64,000 bases of DNA from NCBI GenBank assembly GCA_963715985.1, contig CAVQSP010000020.1:1-64000 (forward strand), read 5' to 3'. Position numbers and translations under genes: made by a program. Positions 44,845 to 55,732 of this stretch are shown one piece after another. A model generated the notes under the pieces. The model did no database searches and was not told where the DNA came from. It saw nothing but the letters and a program-made list of their open reading frames with translations. The first letter of the stretch is position 1; every line of letters starts with the position of its first letter. This DNA is from an uncultured Thermoleophilia bacterium (GTDB lineage Bacteria > Actinomycetota > Thermoleophilia > UBA2241).

Positions 44845-45416
44845 ATGGAACTCAAAGAGTATTTAAAAATCCTTGTTCATCACGATGGCTCTGATCTTTA
44901 CTTGACCGTAAAGGCGCCGCCGGTTGGCAAATTTGATGGCGTATTGAAACCGCTCGATCACATTGAGTTGACCAAAGACAGATTAAAGGAAATCGCCTAC
45001 AGCCTGATGGATGACGATCAGCAAAAAGCGTTTGAACAACTTCCTGAAATGAATTTGGCCATTTCCGAGCCGGGAGTTGGCCGTTTTAGAGTTAATATTT
45101 TTAAGCAGCGCAACTGTTTCGCATTGGTGATTCGCAATATCAAATTAAAAATTCCCAGTGCGGATACACTCCGCTTGCCGCCGATTTTGAAACAAACCAT
45201 TATGGAGAAGCGGGGGTTAATTTTGTTTATCGGCAGCTCCGGTTCGGGTAAGTCAACCTCTCTGGCCGCACTGATTGACCATCGCAATATCAATGCTTCC
45301 GGTCACATTATCACCATTGAAGATCCCATCGAATATATTCATCCACACAAAAAATCACTCGTTAATCAGCGAGAAATCGGCGTCGATACCCTAAGTTATG
45401 AGGATGCCCTTAAACA
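44845..45416 (+). CDS. pilU: PilT/PilU type IV pilus retraction ATPase, 3'-truncated at junction
   Basis: SDLYL, GRFRVN, GSSGSGKST, TIEDPIEY, QREIG. Confidence 0.88.
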
Positions 45417-46293
45417 ATCGTCCCAGAGGAGGTCGGCGGCGTTCCACGCGGTGCACACGGGAACGCCGAGGGCGTCGACGGCATCAAGGAAGAGCTCGTA
45501 GTCGCCGGCCGCGCGGACGGCGCTTCCGGCGAGGATCACCGGGCGCTCGGCCGCGCGCAGGCGGTCCAGCGTCTCCCGTGCGGCCGCCCCGGCGGCCTCG
45601 CGGTCGAAGCGCCCGCAGAAGGCGCCGGGAGCCTGCGGCGCCGGCGCGACACGTGGCCGAGGGGCAGCGCAGGCGAGCTCGCCCCGGCTCTCTCCGTCGC
45701 CCGCGCCTCGACCGTCTTGCCCATCGGTGGACTCTGCCGGGCCGAACTCAGCCAGCCTCTCCGGCTCGATCTGCGCCGCCTGCACGTTCAGCGGGACGTC
45801 AAGCCACACAGGTCCATGGCGCCCGTGAGTGGCCAGCCAGATCGCCTTCTCGACGTGATAGCGAGCCGTCGCCGGGTCGACTATGCACGCCGCGTACTTG
45901 GTGATCGGGGCGACCAGGCGCACGATGTCGGCTTCCTGGTCGCCGAGCTGGCGAAGCGGCAGATCGGTGCTCGCCACTGTGGTATCGAAGCGGACCTGGC
46001 CGGACACATACAGGGCCGGCACAGAGTCGTGCCACTGGCCGAGCACCCCCGTGATCGCGTTCGTGCCACCGGGCCCCGTGGTCACGCACGCCACGCCCAG
46101 CCACCCCGACGTGCGCGCATATCCCTCGACCGCGATCGCGCAGGCCTGCTCGTGGTGGCAGAACGACGAGCTCGAGGTCGTCGCGAAGGCCTAGGGCGTC
46201 GTCGAGATGCATGGCGCCGCCGCCGGTCACCATGAAGACATGGGTGACACCCAGGGCGGCGATGTGCTCGGCGATGTAATCGGCGACTCTCAT
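45417..46293 (-). CDS. ThDP-dependent acetolactate-synthase-like enzyme (YerE-like), frameshifted and truncated at junction
   Basis: MRVADYIA, FMVTGGGAMHL, TTGPGGTNAITG, GPVWLDVPLNVQ. Confidence 0.85.
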
Positions 46294-46309
46294 CACATTC
46301 ACCTGTCCG

Positions 46310-47188
46310 TCAGCAGCACGTCACGGTCCAGCTCATCGCGACGTCCTCGTACCATTCGAGCAGACGTCGCACGCCTTCGTTCATCGGCACCGGAGCGAAG
46401 TCCGGGAGTGCCGCGCGCAGCTTGGCGCCGTCGCCCGCATACGCGGGGCCCATGCCGGCCTCGGCCACGACCACCGGGACACTGGCGCCCGCGAGCTCCA
46501 CAACGAGGCGCGCCAGTTCCTGCAGCCCGACCGGGGCAAGTGGCGTCACATTGTAGGCGCCGGCCGGAAGTCCTCCAGCCACTTCGCCGGCGAGCGCGCG
46601 CTCGACGACGTCCGCGACATCGTCCACCCACACGTAGCTGAAGAGACGATCACGCCGGAGCGTCACGGGAAGGCCGAACAGCACCTTGCAGCAGGCGTTG
46701 GAGATGAATCGGATCGCGTAGTCTTCTTCAGGCCCGAAGACGCCGAACGGCCGGAGTTCCACAGCGTCCTGGTCCCCGCCGAGATGGAGCGCCTCGACGT
46801 ACTTGGAGAACCCGTGTTCATCTTCAGGAACGACCACGCCGAGGTCCTCCTCGCGGGCGCTGCTGATGGAACGATGCGCGCCGTACACGGCCCCTGAGCC
46901 GAGCACCACCAGACGGCCGAATTCCGCGCGGCACCGCGTGAGCGCGAAGAACTGGCGCAGGTTGTCGTAGGCGAGTGCTGCGGTGTCCGCAGCGTTGCGG
47001 TGGCCCGGCTTCACCGCGGCGTGGACCACGGCGTCCACGCCGTGTGCAGCGAACCACGAGCGCACCGCCTCAGCATCTGTGAGCTCGAGCTCGCTGTGGC
47101 TGGGAGCAAGTACCTCGTGCGTCCCTGAGAGGCGTGTTACGACGTGCCGCCCGATGAAACCCGAGCCTCCCGTGACGAGGATCCTCAC
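46310..47188 (-). CDS. NAD-dependent epimerase/dehydratase/reductase
   Basis: TGGSGFIG, GSGAVY, H-G-F-S-K (YxxxK variant). Confidence 0.88.
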   Translation of the reverse strand: MRILVTGGSGFIGRHVVTRLSGTHEVLAPSHSELELTDAEAVRSWFAAHGVDAVVHAAVKPGHRNAADTAALAYDNLRQFFALTRCRAEFGRLVVLGSGAVYGAHRSISSAREEDLGVVVPEDEHGFSKYVEALHLGGDQDAVELRPFGVFGPEEDYAIRFISNACCKVLFGLPVTLRRDRLFSYVWVDDVADVVERALAGEVAGGLPAGAYNVTPLAPVGLQELARLVVELAGASVPVVVAEAGMGPAYAGDGAKLRAALPDFAPVPMNEGVRRLLEWYEDVAMSWTVTCC

Positions 47189-48477
47189 GCCGTTCCCTGC
47201 GCCTCGTCGACTACCGCCGGGGGAACGTCAGCCGAGTCGCCGCCAGGCTGCTTCTTCAAGACGAGCACGATCAGCGACAGCAGGGCGAGAGGGTAGGCCA
47301 AGGACGAAACACTGACCCACGAGACCGCTCCCCAGAATCGAAGGTAGTGGTAGTCCAGCGGCACCAGGAGTATCCCGAACAAGCAGGCGACGGCCGCGTT
47401 TCGCACGCCGGTCCTCGTGGCCGCGACGAACAGAGACAGCGGCAGCAGCACGTGGATGAGCGTGTAGTCCATCGACTCGTACGGTAGCACCAGGGCGCAG
47501 GCCGTGAGGGCGGTCGCCTTCTGCCAGTCGGCCAGATCCCCCCGCATGAGCCTCCGGACCACCAGCAGTACGACGACCAGTGCAGCAAGCAGGTAGATGC
47601 GTCTGTCCGGCAACCATGTATAGGCGTAGTCCGTCCACCGCGTGAAGCAGATGACCCACGACCATAGGCTGTGATTGTGGCTCGCCAGACCGAGAATACC
47701 CGTGCTGTCCACGTGCCCTCCGAGCGTGGCCACCCAGCTGGTCGCCACACGCACGAGCGAGTAGCCGGACACAAGGCTGACGGCGAGCGCCGCAGTTGCG
47801 GAGCTGACGACGGTCGTCACGACGCACCAACACGCCTGGCGCCACTCGCGGTCCAGGAGGAGGAGCACGAGGAGCGCGACCCAGTAGTACTTCGCGGCGA
47901 TCGCCAGGCCGAGAGGAAGCCAGGCCCAGGGCGAGCGTCGCGCGTAGTAGAGCCAGAAGAAGGCGGCAAGCAGGATGAACACCAGCATCTCGAGGTTGCC
48001 GCGGTCGATGACGAACAGCGCGGGGTAGGCAAGAAGGGTGAGGATGGCCACATGAAGCGCGCGCACCAGCGGGTCGGCGCGGAGCGTCGCCGTCGTCCAG
48101 CGCCACAGCAGGAGGACCAGCACGACCAGAAACGCTCCTACCAGCAGCCCGAACGCCACCCAGGAAGGGACGAGCGTCGCCGCCGACATGACCAGGTGCA
48201 TGAGCGGCGAGTAGACCATGTTCTCCGACACACCCGGCCGGAACTCCTGCGCGTGTCGGTACACATTGAAGAAGTCCATGAACCTGTCCTTCGGCGAGAA
48301 CAGGAACGTGGTGTACGGATAGCGGGCATGCACGTAGGCCGCCATGACGTAGTGGAAGACGATAGAGGCCATCGTGCCGCACAACACGATGAGCACCACC
48401 AGCGACAGCGCTGGATTCCGCCCCGCAGGCATGGCCGCCTCGACCGGAGCGGGCGTTGCCTCGGCGTCCGAGGCCAA
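47185..48477 (-). CDS. GT87/DUF2029-like GT-C membrane glycosyltransferase
   Basis: DRFMDF, YSPL, DRGNLE, AIAAKYY; multi-TM. Confidence 0.7.
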   Translation of the reverse strand: MASDAEATPAPVEAAMPAGRNPALSLVVLIVLCGTMASIVFHYVMAAYVHARYPYTTFLFSPKDRFMDFFNVYRHAQEFRPGVSENMVYSPLMHLVMSAATLVPSWVAFGLLVGAFLVVLVLLLWRWTTATLRADPLVRALHVAILTLLAYPALFVIDRGNLEMLVFILLAAFFWLYYARRSPWAWLPLGLAIAAKYYWVALLVLLLLDREWRQACWCVVTTVVSSATAALAVSLVSGYSLVRVATSWVATLGGHVDSTGILGLASHNHSLWSWVICFTRWTDYAYTWLPDRRIYLLAALVVVLLVVRRLMRGDLADWQKATALTACALVLPYESMDYTLIHVLLPLSLFVAATRTGVRNAAVACLFGILLVPLDYHYLRFWGAVSWVSVSSLAYPLALLSLIVLVLKKQPGGDSADVPPAVVDEAQGTA

Positions 48478-48478
48478 C

Positions 48479-49864
48479 TCAGCCCCCGTCCGGCAGACCC
48501 GGCCTGGCCGTGGCTGCGACCAGCGTCTCGGCGACGTACTCCAGCATCTCGGCGGTCATCCCCGGGTACACGCCCACCCAGAAAGCGTCGTTCATGATGC
48601 GGTCGGTGTTCGGCAAGTCCCCGGCCACCCGGTAGCCCGGCGCGAGGCCGCCTGATTCGACGGCGACGCGCATGACATCGAAGCAGGGCTGCCGCACCAT
48701 GTTGCCGGCGAAGAGCATGCGCGTCTGGATCTTCGCCGCCTCGAGGCGGGCCACCACGGTCGTCACGCGTGAGGCCGGCGGCTGCGGCCTCGGCGGTCAG
48801 CTTCAGCAGGAGCCCGAACCAGCTGGGCTCGCTGCCCAGCGTAGCTTGCTGCGCCTGCAGCAGGTGCGAAACCGGCGCGAGGAGGCGAGTCAGCGTCGCG
48901 TGGTGCTCGCGCCGTAGCCGCGTGAACTCCGGCAGGCGGGCCAGCTGGGCGCATCCCACCGCCGCCTGCATCTCCGTCACCTTGAGGTTGTAGCCGAACT
49001 CGGAGAACACGTACTTGTGATCGTAGCCGAAGGGCAGGGTGCCGAGCTGATGACTGAAGCGATGGCCACAGTGATTGTCCTCACCGCTGCGGCAGACGCA
49101 GTCCCGACCCCAGTCGCGCAACGACGCGACGATCTCGGCGAGCTGGGCGTCATCGGTGTAAACAGCGCCGCCCTCGCCGAGCGTCATGTGGTGCGGCGGG
49201 TAGAAGCTCGAGGTGGCGATGTGCCCGAACGTGCCGGTCAGTCGCCCGCGATACAGCGACCCAAGGGCGTCGCAGTTGTCCTCGATGAGCCAAAGGCCGT
49301 GCCGCTCGCAGAACGCCTGCACGGCCTCTACGTCGAAGGGGTTGCCCAGCGTGTGCGCGAGGAAGACGGCCTTGCTGCGAGGTCCGACAGCGTCTTCCAG
49401 CGCGTCGACATCCACGTTTGCGGTGTCGGCGCGCACGTCGATGAACACGGGGACGGCCCCGTACTGCACGATCGGCGCGACAGTGGTCGGGAAGCCCGCG
49501 GCGACCGTGATGACCTCGTCGCCCGCGACCGATCCGCCGCCCTCCAAGCCTCTCGCGAGGTCAGCGCCATGAACGCGAGGAGGTTGGCCGATGAGCCCGA
49601 GTTCACGAGCAGGCAGTGGCGGACACCGAGATACGCGCCGAGCTCGCGTTCGAAGCGTTCGGAGTAGCGGCCGTAGGTGAGCCAGAAGTCCAGAGCCGAG
49701 TCGACGAGAAGGTCGAGCTCCTCGGCGCCGAAGACGCGGCCGCCGTAGGGGACCCGCGTCTCGCCGGGCACGAAATCCGCCGACTGCCCCCACGTGGCGT
49801 CGTGGTAGTCCGCCACCAGAGCGCGGATCTGTGCACGCAGGTCGTCGCTGCGTGAAGCGCTCAC
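48479..49864 (-). CDS. rfbH: CDP-4-keto-6-deoxyglucose 3-dehydrase (RfbH/DdhC), frameshifted
   Basis: NSGSSANL, AGFPTT, EDNCDALGS, SFYPPHHMT.GEGG, RDWGRDC, GYDHKY. Confidence 0.92.
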
Positions 49865-51018
49865 GAATGCTCCTTCGCGCCGACCCACGAGGCACCGGCG
49901 CGCCCAGCCGCCTCACAGTACCGCGCGATGTCGTCACCGCAGAGGGCGCGGAGCCGCTCAGCAGTGGCGCCCTCCGAGAACTCCCTGTACCAGCGCACGG
50001 ACGCCGCGACGGCCTCGCTCGATACTCCAGGCCGGACGCCAGCCCAGCTCGCTCTCGGCCTTGCGGGATCGAGCAGCAGGAGGCCGGCTTCGTGGGGCTG
50101 CGCCGCAACCTGCTGCACCGGGCGCCACTCCCCCACCCCCCATGCGCTCACCACGGCCTCGACGACCTCCCGCACGCTCAGGATGGAATCCATCTGCGGG
50201 CCGAAGTTCCAGGCGCCGGCGGCCAGCCGCGCGTCACCGGCCATACCGAGCCTTCCGTTCCAGAGTGCGGCAGCGAGACACAGGTATCCCGAGAGCGACT
50301 CGAGGACGTGCTGCCAGGGGCGCACCGCGCCCGGGCTGCGTACCTCGATGGGGACGCCCGCGACCAGTGCTCTGACACAGTCGGGCAGGATGCGGTCTTC
50401 GCCCCAGTCGCCGCCGCCGAGCACGTTGCCGGCACGGGCGGAGACCACGAGCGGGGACCTCGGAGAGGCGAAGAAGCTGCGCCGGTACGCAGCAGTCACC
50501 AGCTCGGAGCAGGCCTTGCTCGAGCTGTATGGGTCGTGCCCGCCCAGAGCGTCGCTCTCGACGTAGGCGTGCGTGGTCTCGGTGTTCTCGTAGCACTTGT
50601 CGCTGGTCACGTTGACTACGACGCGAGGATTCGTGCGCGTCACCGCGAGCTCACGCACTTGCTCCAGAAGGTTCACGCAGCCCATCACATTGGTCTCGTA
50701 CGTGAGGTGTGGTTCCAGATACGACCGCCGCACCATGGGCTGCGCCGCGAGGTGGAACACGATCTCGGGCGCGGCTTCATCGAGCGCTACTGCGAGCGCC
50801 TCACGGTCGCGCACGTCGCCGCGCAGATCGGTGACTCGTCCCTCGGCGTCTGCCACGAGGCGCAGCGCCTGCCACAGGCTCGGCGTCGTGGGCGGATCCA
50901 GCGAGAACCCTGTTACATCCGCCCCCAGGCCCAACAGCCAGAGCGTGAGCCAGGAGCCCTTGAACCCGGTGTGGCCGGTCACGAAGATGCGCCGGCCGGA
51001 GAACGCGCCTTCGAACAT
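49861..51018 (-). CDS. rfbG: CDP-glucose 4,6-dehydratase, frameshifted
   Basis: TGHTGFKGSWL, TSDKCY, DPYSSSK, RPWQHVLE. Confidence 0.93.
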   Translation of the reverse strand: MFEGAFSGRRIFVTGHTGFKGSWLTLWLLGLGADVTGFSLDPPTTPSLWQALRLVADAEGRVTDLRGDVRDREALAVALDEAAPEIVFHLAAQPMVRRSYLEPHLTYETNVMGCVNLLEQVRELAVTRTNPRVVVNVTSDKCYENTETTHAYVESDALGGHDPYSSSKACSELVTAAYRRSFFASPRSPLVVSARAGNVLGGGDWGEDRILPDCVRALVAGVPIEVRSPGAVRPWQHVLESLSGYLCLAAALWNGRLGMAGDARLAAGAWNFGPQMDSILSVREVVEAVVSAWGVGEWRPVQQVAAQPHEAGLLLLDPARPRASWAGVRPGVSSEAVAASVRWYREFSEGATAERLRALCGDDIARYCEAAGRAGASWVGAKEHS

Positions 51019-51793
51019 CACCACGCCTTCCACGGCGCCCGGCCGGAATCCCACAGCTCTTCGAGCTGGCGCTTGTCGCGCAGCGTGTCCATCGGCTGCC
51101 AGAAGCCGCGGTGCCGGTAGGCGGCCAGCTGTCCGTCGCGGGCAAGGCCCTCGAGGGGCTCGCTGCTCGAACAGGGTGTCGTCACCATCGATGTAGTCGA
51201 GCACGGCGGGCTCCAGTACGAAGAACCCGCCGTTCATCCAGGCGCCATCGCCACGGGGCTTCTCGACGAAGGAGCGCACCCCGACCTCGTCGGACGTCCA
51301 TCTCGAGAGCGCCAAAGCGGCCCGGCGGCTGCACCGCCGTCACCGTGGCAAGGCGGCCGGCCTCCTCGTGAAAGGCAAGCAAGGCGGCAAGATCGATGTC
51401 GGCCACGCCGTCGCCGTAGGTCATCATGAAGCGCTCTCGGCCGAGGTGGGCGGCGACGCGCCTGAGACGTCCGCCGGTCTGCGTGTCGGCTCCCGTGTCG
51501 ACGAGCGTCACACGCCAGGGTTCGACGGCGTTGTCGTGCACCTCCATCCCGCGGCCCCGCAGATCGAAGGTCACATCGGAGTTGTGCAGGAAGTAGTTGG
51601 CGAAGTACTCCTTGATCATGTAGCCCTTGTAGCCCAGGCACACGACGAACTCGGTGAACCCCTGCTCCCCGTATCCCTTCATGATGTGCCAGAGGATCGG
51701 GTGATCGCCGATCTCGGCCATCGGTTTGGGGCGGACCTGGGTCTCCTCGGCGAGGCGCGTGCCCAGCCCGCCGGCGAGGATGACGACCTTCAT
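51018..51793 (-). CDS. rfbF: Glucose-1-phosphate cytidylyltransferase, frameshifted
   Basis: [41 protein letters not shown]. Confidence 0.93.
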
Positions 51794-51933
51794 CTTGCCT
51801 CCAGCCCGTACGTGCCTGACGGCTTCATCGGCATCGCCAAGGGATGCCTGTAGCCCGAACAGGCGACTGGATGCAAGTTCTACGTCCGAAGTGGGAACCA
51901 TCGGCCGGACTTCGTGCCAGCCGCACCCTTCTC

Positions 51934-53973
51934 TCACGGAGAGGGCGCTGCGATCCTCCCCTTCAGGACCCAAACGAGGAGGCGAGAGCCATCCGCTGCG
52001 GGAACATCGACCGCGAGAGCGTAGCGGCCGGACGCCGTCAGCGAGTCGATGGCGGAGGCGATTTCTCGTTGGCCGCTGCGCCTTCCTCCCCGGAACGCGT
52101 CCTCATGGAAGCGCCACACTCGTTCCGGCATGTCCAAATCGACGATGGCCGCAGGCGGGTCCGCCACCAGGATCGCGGCGTCTGCCTCGGCCACGTCGTC
52201 AGGACAGACATCCCAATAGGCGACCAGGGCGTTCGTGCGCGGATAGACCCCGGTCGTCACGTAGAACATGGGGATGTTCGGAAAGCAGTACACCCACTCC
52301 CCTTCTCCAAGGGACCGGCGGAGGAGCGCATCCACCCGCTCGTAGACGCCGTCGCTCTGCGGCGAGAGAGTGAAACCCCCAAGGAGGGGGGCGCGAGGAA
52401 CGACGGTGGATTTCGAGATGGCAGGCTCGCGCCAGCCCCACCACTGATAGGGCCACGTGTAGCGCTGACCGGCACAGAGCGCCATGAACACGACGACGAC
52501 GCCGATGACGATCGCGGCGCGAAAGACGCGGCCTGCCAAGCGCCATTCCAGCAACGCACCCACAGCCAATCCGAGTGCAGGCACTGCGGCGTGGGCCTCA
52601 ATGACGTACGACATCCCGTGCGCGTACATGACCGACACGCCGACGGCCGCACACAAGGCGAACAACGGCGCTCGCCGGAGGTCTCGCCGCTGGATCACTC
52701 GCACCAGCCAGAATGCGGTGAGGCCGCATGCTGCAAAGAGCGACCAGGTGACCAGCATCTGTTTCAGCTCGAGGAAGTGCAGCGTCTGGAACTTCCACCA
52801 CAGCCATCCTGCCAGCACCGACGGCGACCACAGAAGCAGGACGGCGACACTGGATACGATCAGCACGGCCGCCGGGCTGAGTAGCCAGAGCGTCAGGCGT
52901 CGTTGTGTGCCGGGGCTTCTGACGAGCAGCCGCCAGGCTGCGACCTGGGCGACCGCGCCTATGCCGATCAGCACTGCCACCCACCACCGGTATCGCTCGT
53001 CCACGAGCCACCACCACGCCGCAGACGCCCCGGCAGCGGCCGAAAGCAGGCAGGTTCGCAACCGCGCACGCAGTTCGGCTGGGCCGTCCGCATCCCGGCA
53101 CCACCTCGCCGCGAGGACCCAACACCCACCCGCGAGTGAGAGGAGTGCGAAGCTCACGACGTCTGTCACCGTGAAGGTGTGTCGGAAGAAGCCCGCAAGG
53201 ATCGAGACGAGCGAGCCCTTGCTTGAGGCCGCTCCACCGTAGACCTGCTGCAGGTAGGGTCCAGCCGCCCTGTTCACGGCCAGCCACACGGCGACAGCTG
53301 CGGTCGGGAGCGACAAGCCCGCGAGGAAGCCCAGCGACAGCTGGAGGGCGCGGTCGGGCCGCACCCTCCAGAGCACGATGGCCACCACGAGGCAGGCGCC
53401 GACCGCCGAGAGCAACCCGGTCGTCTGCTTGGTGAAGAACGCCAGTGCCAGTATCGCGCCGGCGGCGCATGCCCACCATGTGGTGCGCGCCGGCGTTCGC
53501 GCCTCCAGACTCCTTGTCAGCAGGTACACACCCAGCAGCACGAAGATGAGACAGAGCTGCAGGTACGAGTCAATGACATCGCTCGTGTGGCTGGCGTACA
53601 CGACTATCGCCATCAGTGTCCCGATGAGAGCCGTGATCGGCTGAAACAGCCGGGCCAGGAGCACGTACAGGAGTGCGGTGAGTACCAGACGCTCGCCAAG
53701 ACCCAGCACTCGCACCCAAAGGAAGCCGTAGCCGGCGACCTTCACCAGCCCGGTGATCACCAGAGGATAGACCGGCTGGAGAAACAGATAGAAGTCCCTA
53801 TAGGGGACCTTCCCGCCGAGGATCAGGTGGGCGTACGCACTGAACCAGCCCTCCTGGATAGGGAAGAAGCGGTTGAAGAACATGAGGTGGTAGACGAGAA
53901 CCACCGAGACAGAGCAGACCAGCCCCAGACGCCACGTCAGCCGCCTACCACCGGAACGACCGTCGTCAGGCAT
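51934..53973 (-). CDS. Polytopic GT-C-like (ArnT/GT39-like) membrane protein
   Basis: EGW...G.VPYRDF, FFTKQTTG; multi-TM plus soluble C-terminal domain. Confidence 0.65.
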   Translation of the reverse strand: MPDDGRSGGRRLTWRLGLVCSVSVVLVYHLMFFNRFFPIQEGWFSAYAHLILGGKVPYRDFYLFLQPVYPLVITGLVKVAGYGFLWVRVLGLGERLVLTALLYVLLARLFQPITALIGTLMAIVVYASHTSDVIDSYLQLCLIFVLLGVYLLTRSLEARTPARTTWWACAAGAILALAFFTKQTTGLLSAVGACLVVAIVLWRVRPDRALQLSLGFLAGLSLPTAAVAVWLAVNRAAGPYLQQVYGGAASSKGSLVSILAGFFRHTFTVTDVVSFALLSLAGGCWVLAARWCRDADGPAELRARLRTCLLSAAAGASAAWWWLVDERYRWWVAVLIGIGAVAQVAAWRLLVRSPGTQRRLTLWLLSPAAVLIVSSVAVLLLWSPSVLAGWLWWKFQTLHFLELKQMLVTWSLFAACGLTAFWLVRVIQRRDLRRAPLFALCAAVGVSVMYAHGMSYVIEAHAAVPALGLAVGALLEWRLAGRVFRAAIVIGVVVVFMALCAGQRYTWPYQWWGWREPAISKSTVVPRAPLLGGFTLSPQSDGVYERVDALLRRSLGEGEWVYCFPNIPMFYVTTGVYPRTNALVAYWDVCPDDVAEADAAILVADPPAAIVDLDMPERVWRFHEDAFRGGRRSGQREIASAIDSLTASGRYALAVDVPAADGSRLLVWVLKGRIAAPSP

Positions 53974-53989
53974 GCGGGCCAGACTCCGC

Positions 53990-54772
53990 CTAGAACCCCA
54001 ACGCCACCGTGAGCAGGAAGTACGCCGCCACGCTCGTCCACAGGAGCGCGTCGAAGCGGTCCAGCACGCCGCCGTGCCCGGGGATGCCGCGGCCGGAGTC
54101 CTTGATCTGCACGTCGCGCTTCACGAGGCTCTCGAAGAGGTCGCCGAGCGGCCCCACCACGGCGATCACCGCACCCAGCGCCACAGAGTCGGCGGGGCCG
54201 AGCGGCGTGTAGAGCCCGATGAAGACCACGAGCAGCACGGTGCCGACGGCGCCGCCGGCGAAGCCCTCCCACGTCTTCTTGGGCGAGAGTCTCGGCGCCA
54301 TCGGCGTGGAGCCGAAGAAGCGGCCGGTGAAGTACGCCATCGTGTCACCGGCCCACGTCCCGAAGATCACTGTGAGCACCGCCGCCGTGCCGACGTCCAG
54401 GCGCCGCAGCAGCAGTATGGCGCTGAACCCGAGACCCAGGTACATGATGCCGAGCAGCGTCACGCCCATGCGCACCGTGATGCCGTGCTTGGGTCCGATG
54501 AGCAGGCCCAGCAGCGCCACGAGACCGGCCCCCACGGCCATCGCCCCGAACACGCCGAACGGCGAGCGGAACCAGGCCATGTACAGCATCAGCGCCACGG
54601 AGATGAACCCGGCCAGCGGCAGCGGGCGGTACATCCTCGTCAGCCGGTAGAACTCGCCGAGCCCCACCAGCGAGAGGGCGAGCATGAGGAAGAAGAAGAC
54701 GAGCCCTCCGTGCACCACGACGACCACGGCGAGCACGGCCAGCACGACGCCGGTGATGATGCGCGTCGTCAC
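53990..54772 (-). CDS. cdsA: Phosphatidate cytidylyltransferase
   Basis: [16 protein letters not shown]...[17 protein letters not shown]. Confidence 0.95.
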   Translation of the reverse strand: MTTRIITGVVLAVLAVVVVVHGGLVFFFLMLALSLVGLGEFYRLTRMYRPLPLAGFISVALMLYMAWFRSPFGVFGAMAVGAGLVALLGLLIGPKHGITVRMGVTLLGIMYLGLGFSAILLLRRLDVGTAAVLTVIFGTWAGDTMAYFTGRFFGSTPMAPRLSPKKTWEGFAGGAVGTVLLVVFIGLYTPLGPADSVALGAVIAVVGPLGDLFESLVKRDVQIKDSGRGIPGHGGVLDRFDALLWTSVAAYFLLTVALGF

Positions 54773-55691
54773 GAGGCAGCCATGCCGGGGTCCGCGGCAG
54801 CCTCGTGCCCCGCGGCCGCGTCGCTCCCGGCTGCATCCGGCGCGTCGGGCTTGCGCCCCCCGAACCGCCGTTGGCGGCGCGCGTATTCGGCCAGCGCCGC
54901 GTCCAGCGCCGCCTCGTCGAAGTCCGGCCACATGAGGTCGCTGAAGTACAACTCAGCGTAGGCGCACTGCCAGAGCAGGAAGTTGCTGATGCGCAGCTCG
55001 CCCGAGGTGCGGATGAGCAGCTCGGGGTCGTGCATCTCCGGCGCGTAGAGGTGGCGGCGGAAGTCGTCCTCCGCGAACGCCGGGCTGGCTTCGCCGCCAG
55101 CGCCCGCCTCCCGGCCGCCGCACCGGCGGCCGCCCTCTTCGCCGCCGGCCCCGCGGCTGCGGCAGCCGGAGCGGCCTCGGCCGCCAGCCCCGCGGCCGCG
55201 TCGAGCAGCTCGCGGCGGCCGCCGTAATTGAAGGCGATGTAGAGCGTCATCCTGGTATTGGCTGCGGTGAGCGCCTCGGCCTCCTCGATACGGCGCACGA
55301 GCTTCTCCGGTACGCCGTCACGACGCCCGACGAAGCGCACGCGTGCCCCGCGTTCGTGCATGTCGGGCACCTGCGAATCTATCATCTCCACGAACAGGTC
55401 CATGAGCGCGGCCACCTCGTCGGGGGGCCGGTTCCAGTTCTCCGTGGAGAACGAGTACACCGTGACCTCCCGGATGCCGAGGTCGAGGGCGTGCTCGAGG
55501 ACGCGGCGCAGCGTCTTCGCGCCGGCGCGGTGGCCGGCGGCCACCGGCAGGCGCCGGCGCTGCGCCCAGCGCCCGTTGCCGTCCATGATGATGGCGATGT
55601 AACGTGCGGTCGCGCCGCCCGCCGCAGGCTCGGCGGCGCCGCGCGCGCCGCGCAGCCGCCAGCGCGCCAGCCACGTACGCAGAGAGGCCAT
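54769..55691 (-). CDS. uppS: Undecaprenyl/isoprenyl diphosphate synthase, frameshifted, with Ala-rich insert
   Basis: [39 protein letters not shown]. Confidence 0.95.
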
Positions 55692-55732
55692 CGCCGTGAT
55701 CCCCAGGGTCGGTCCCGCCGGGCGGCGGGAAC

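Noticed and set aside
41123-45416. Low-GC block as a genomic island
   Set aside because: It holds housekeeping genes cut mid-ORF at both ends and its two flanks come from different taxa
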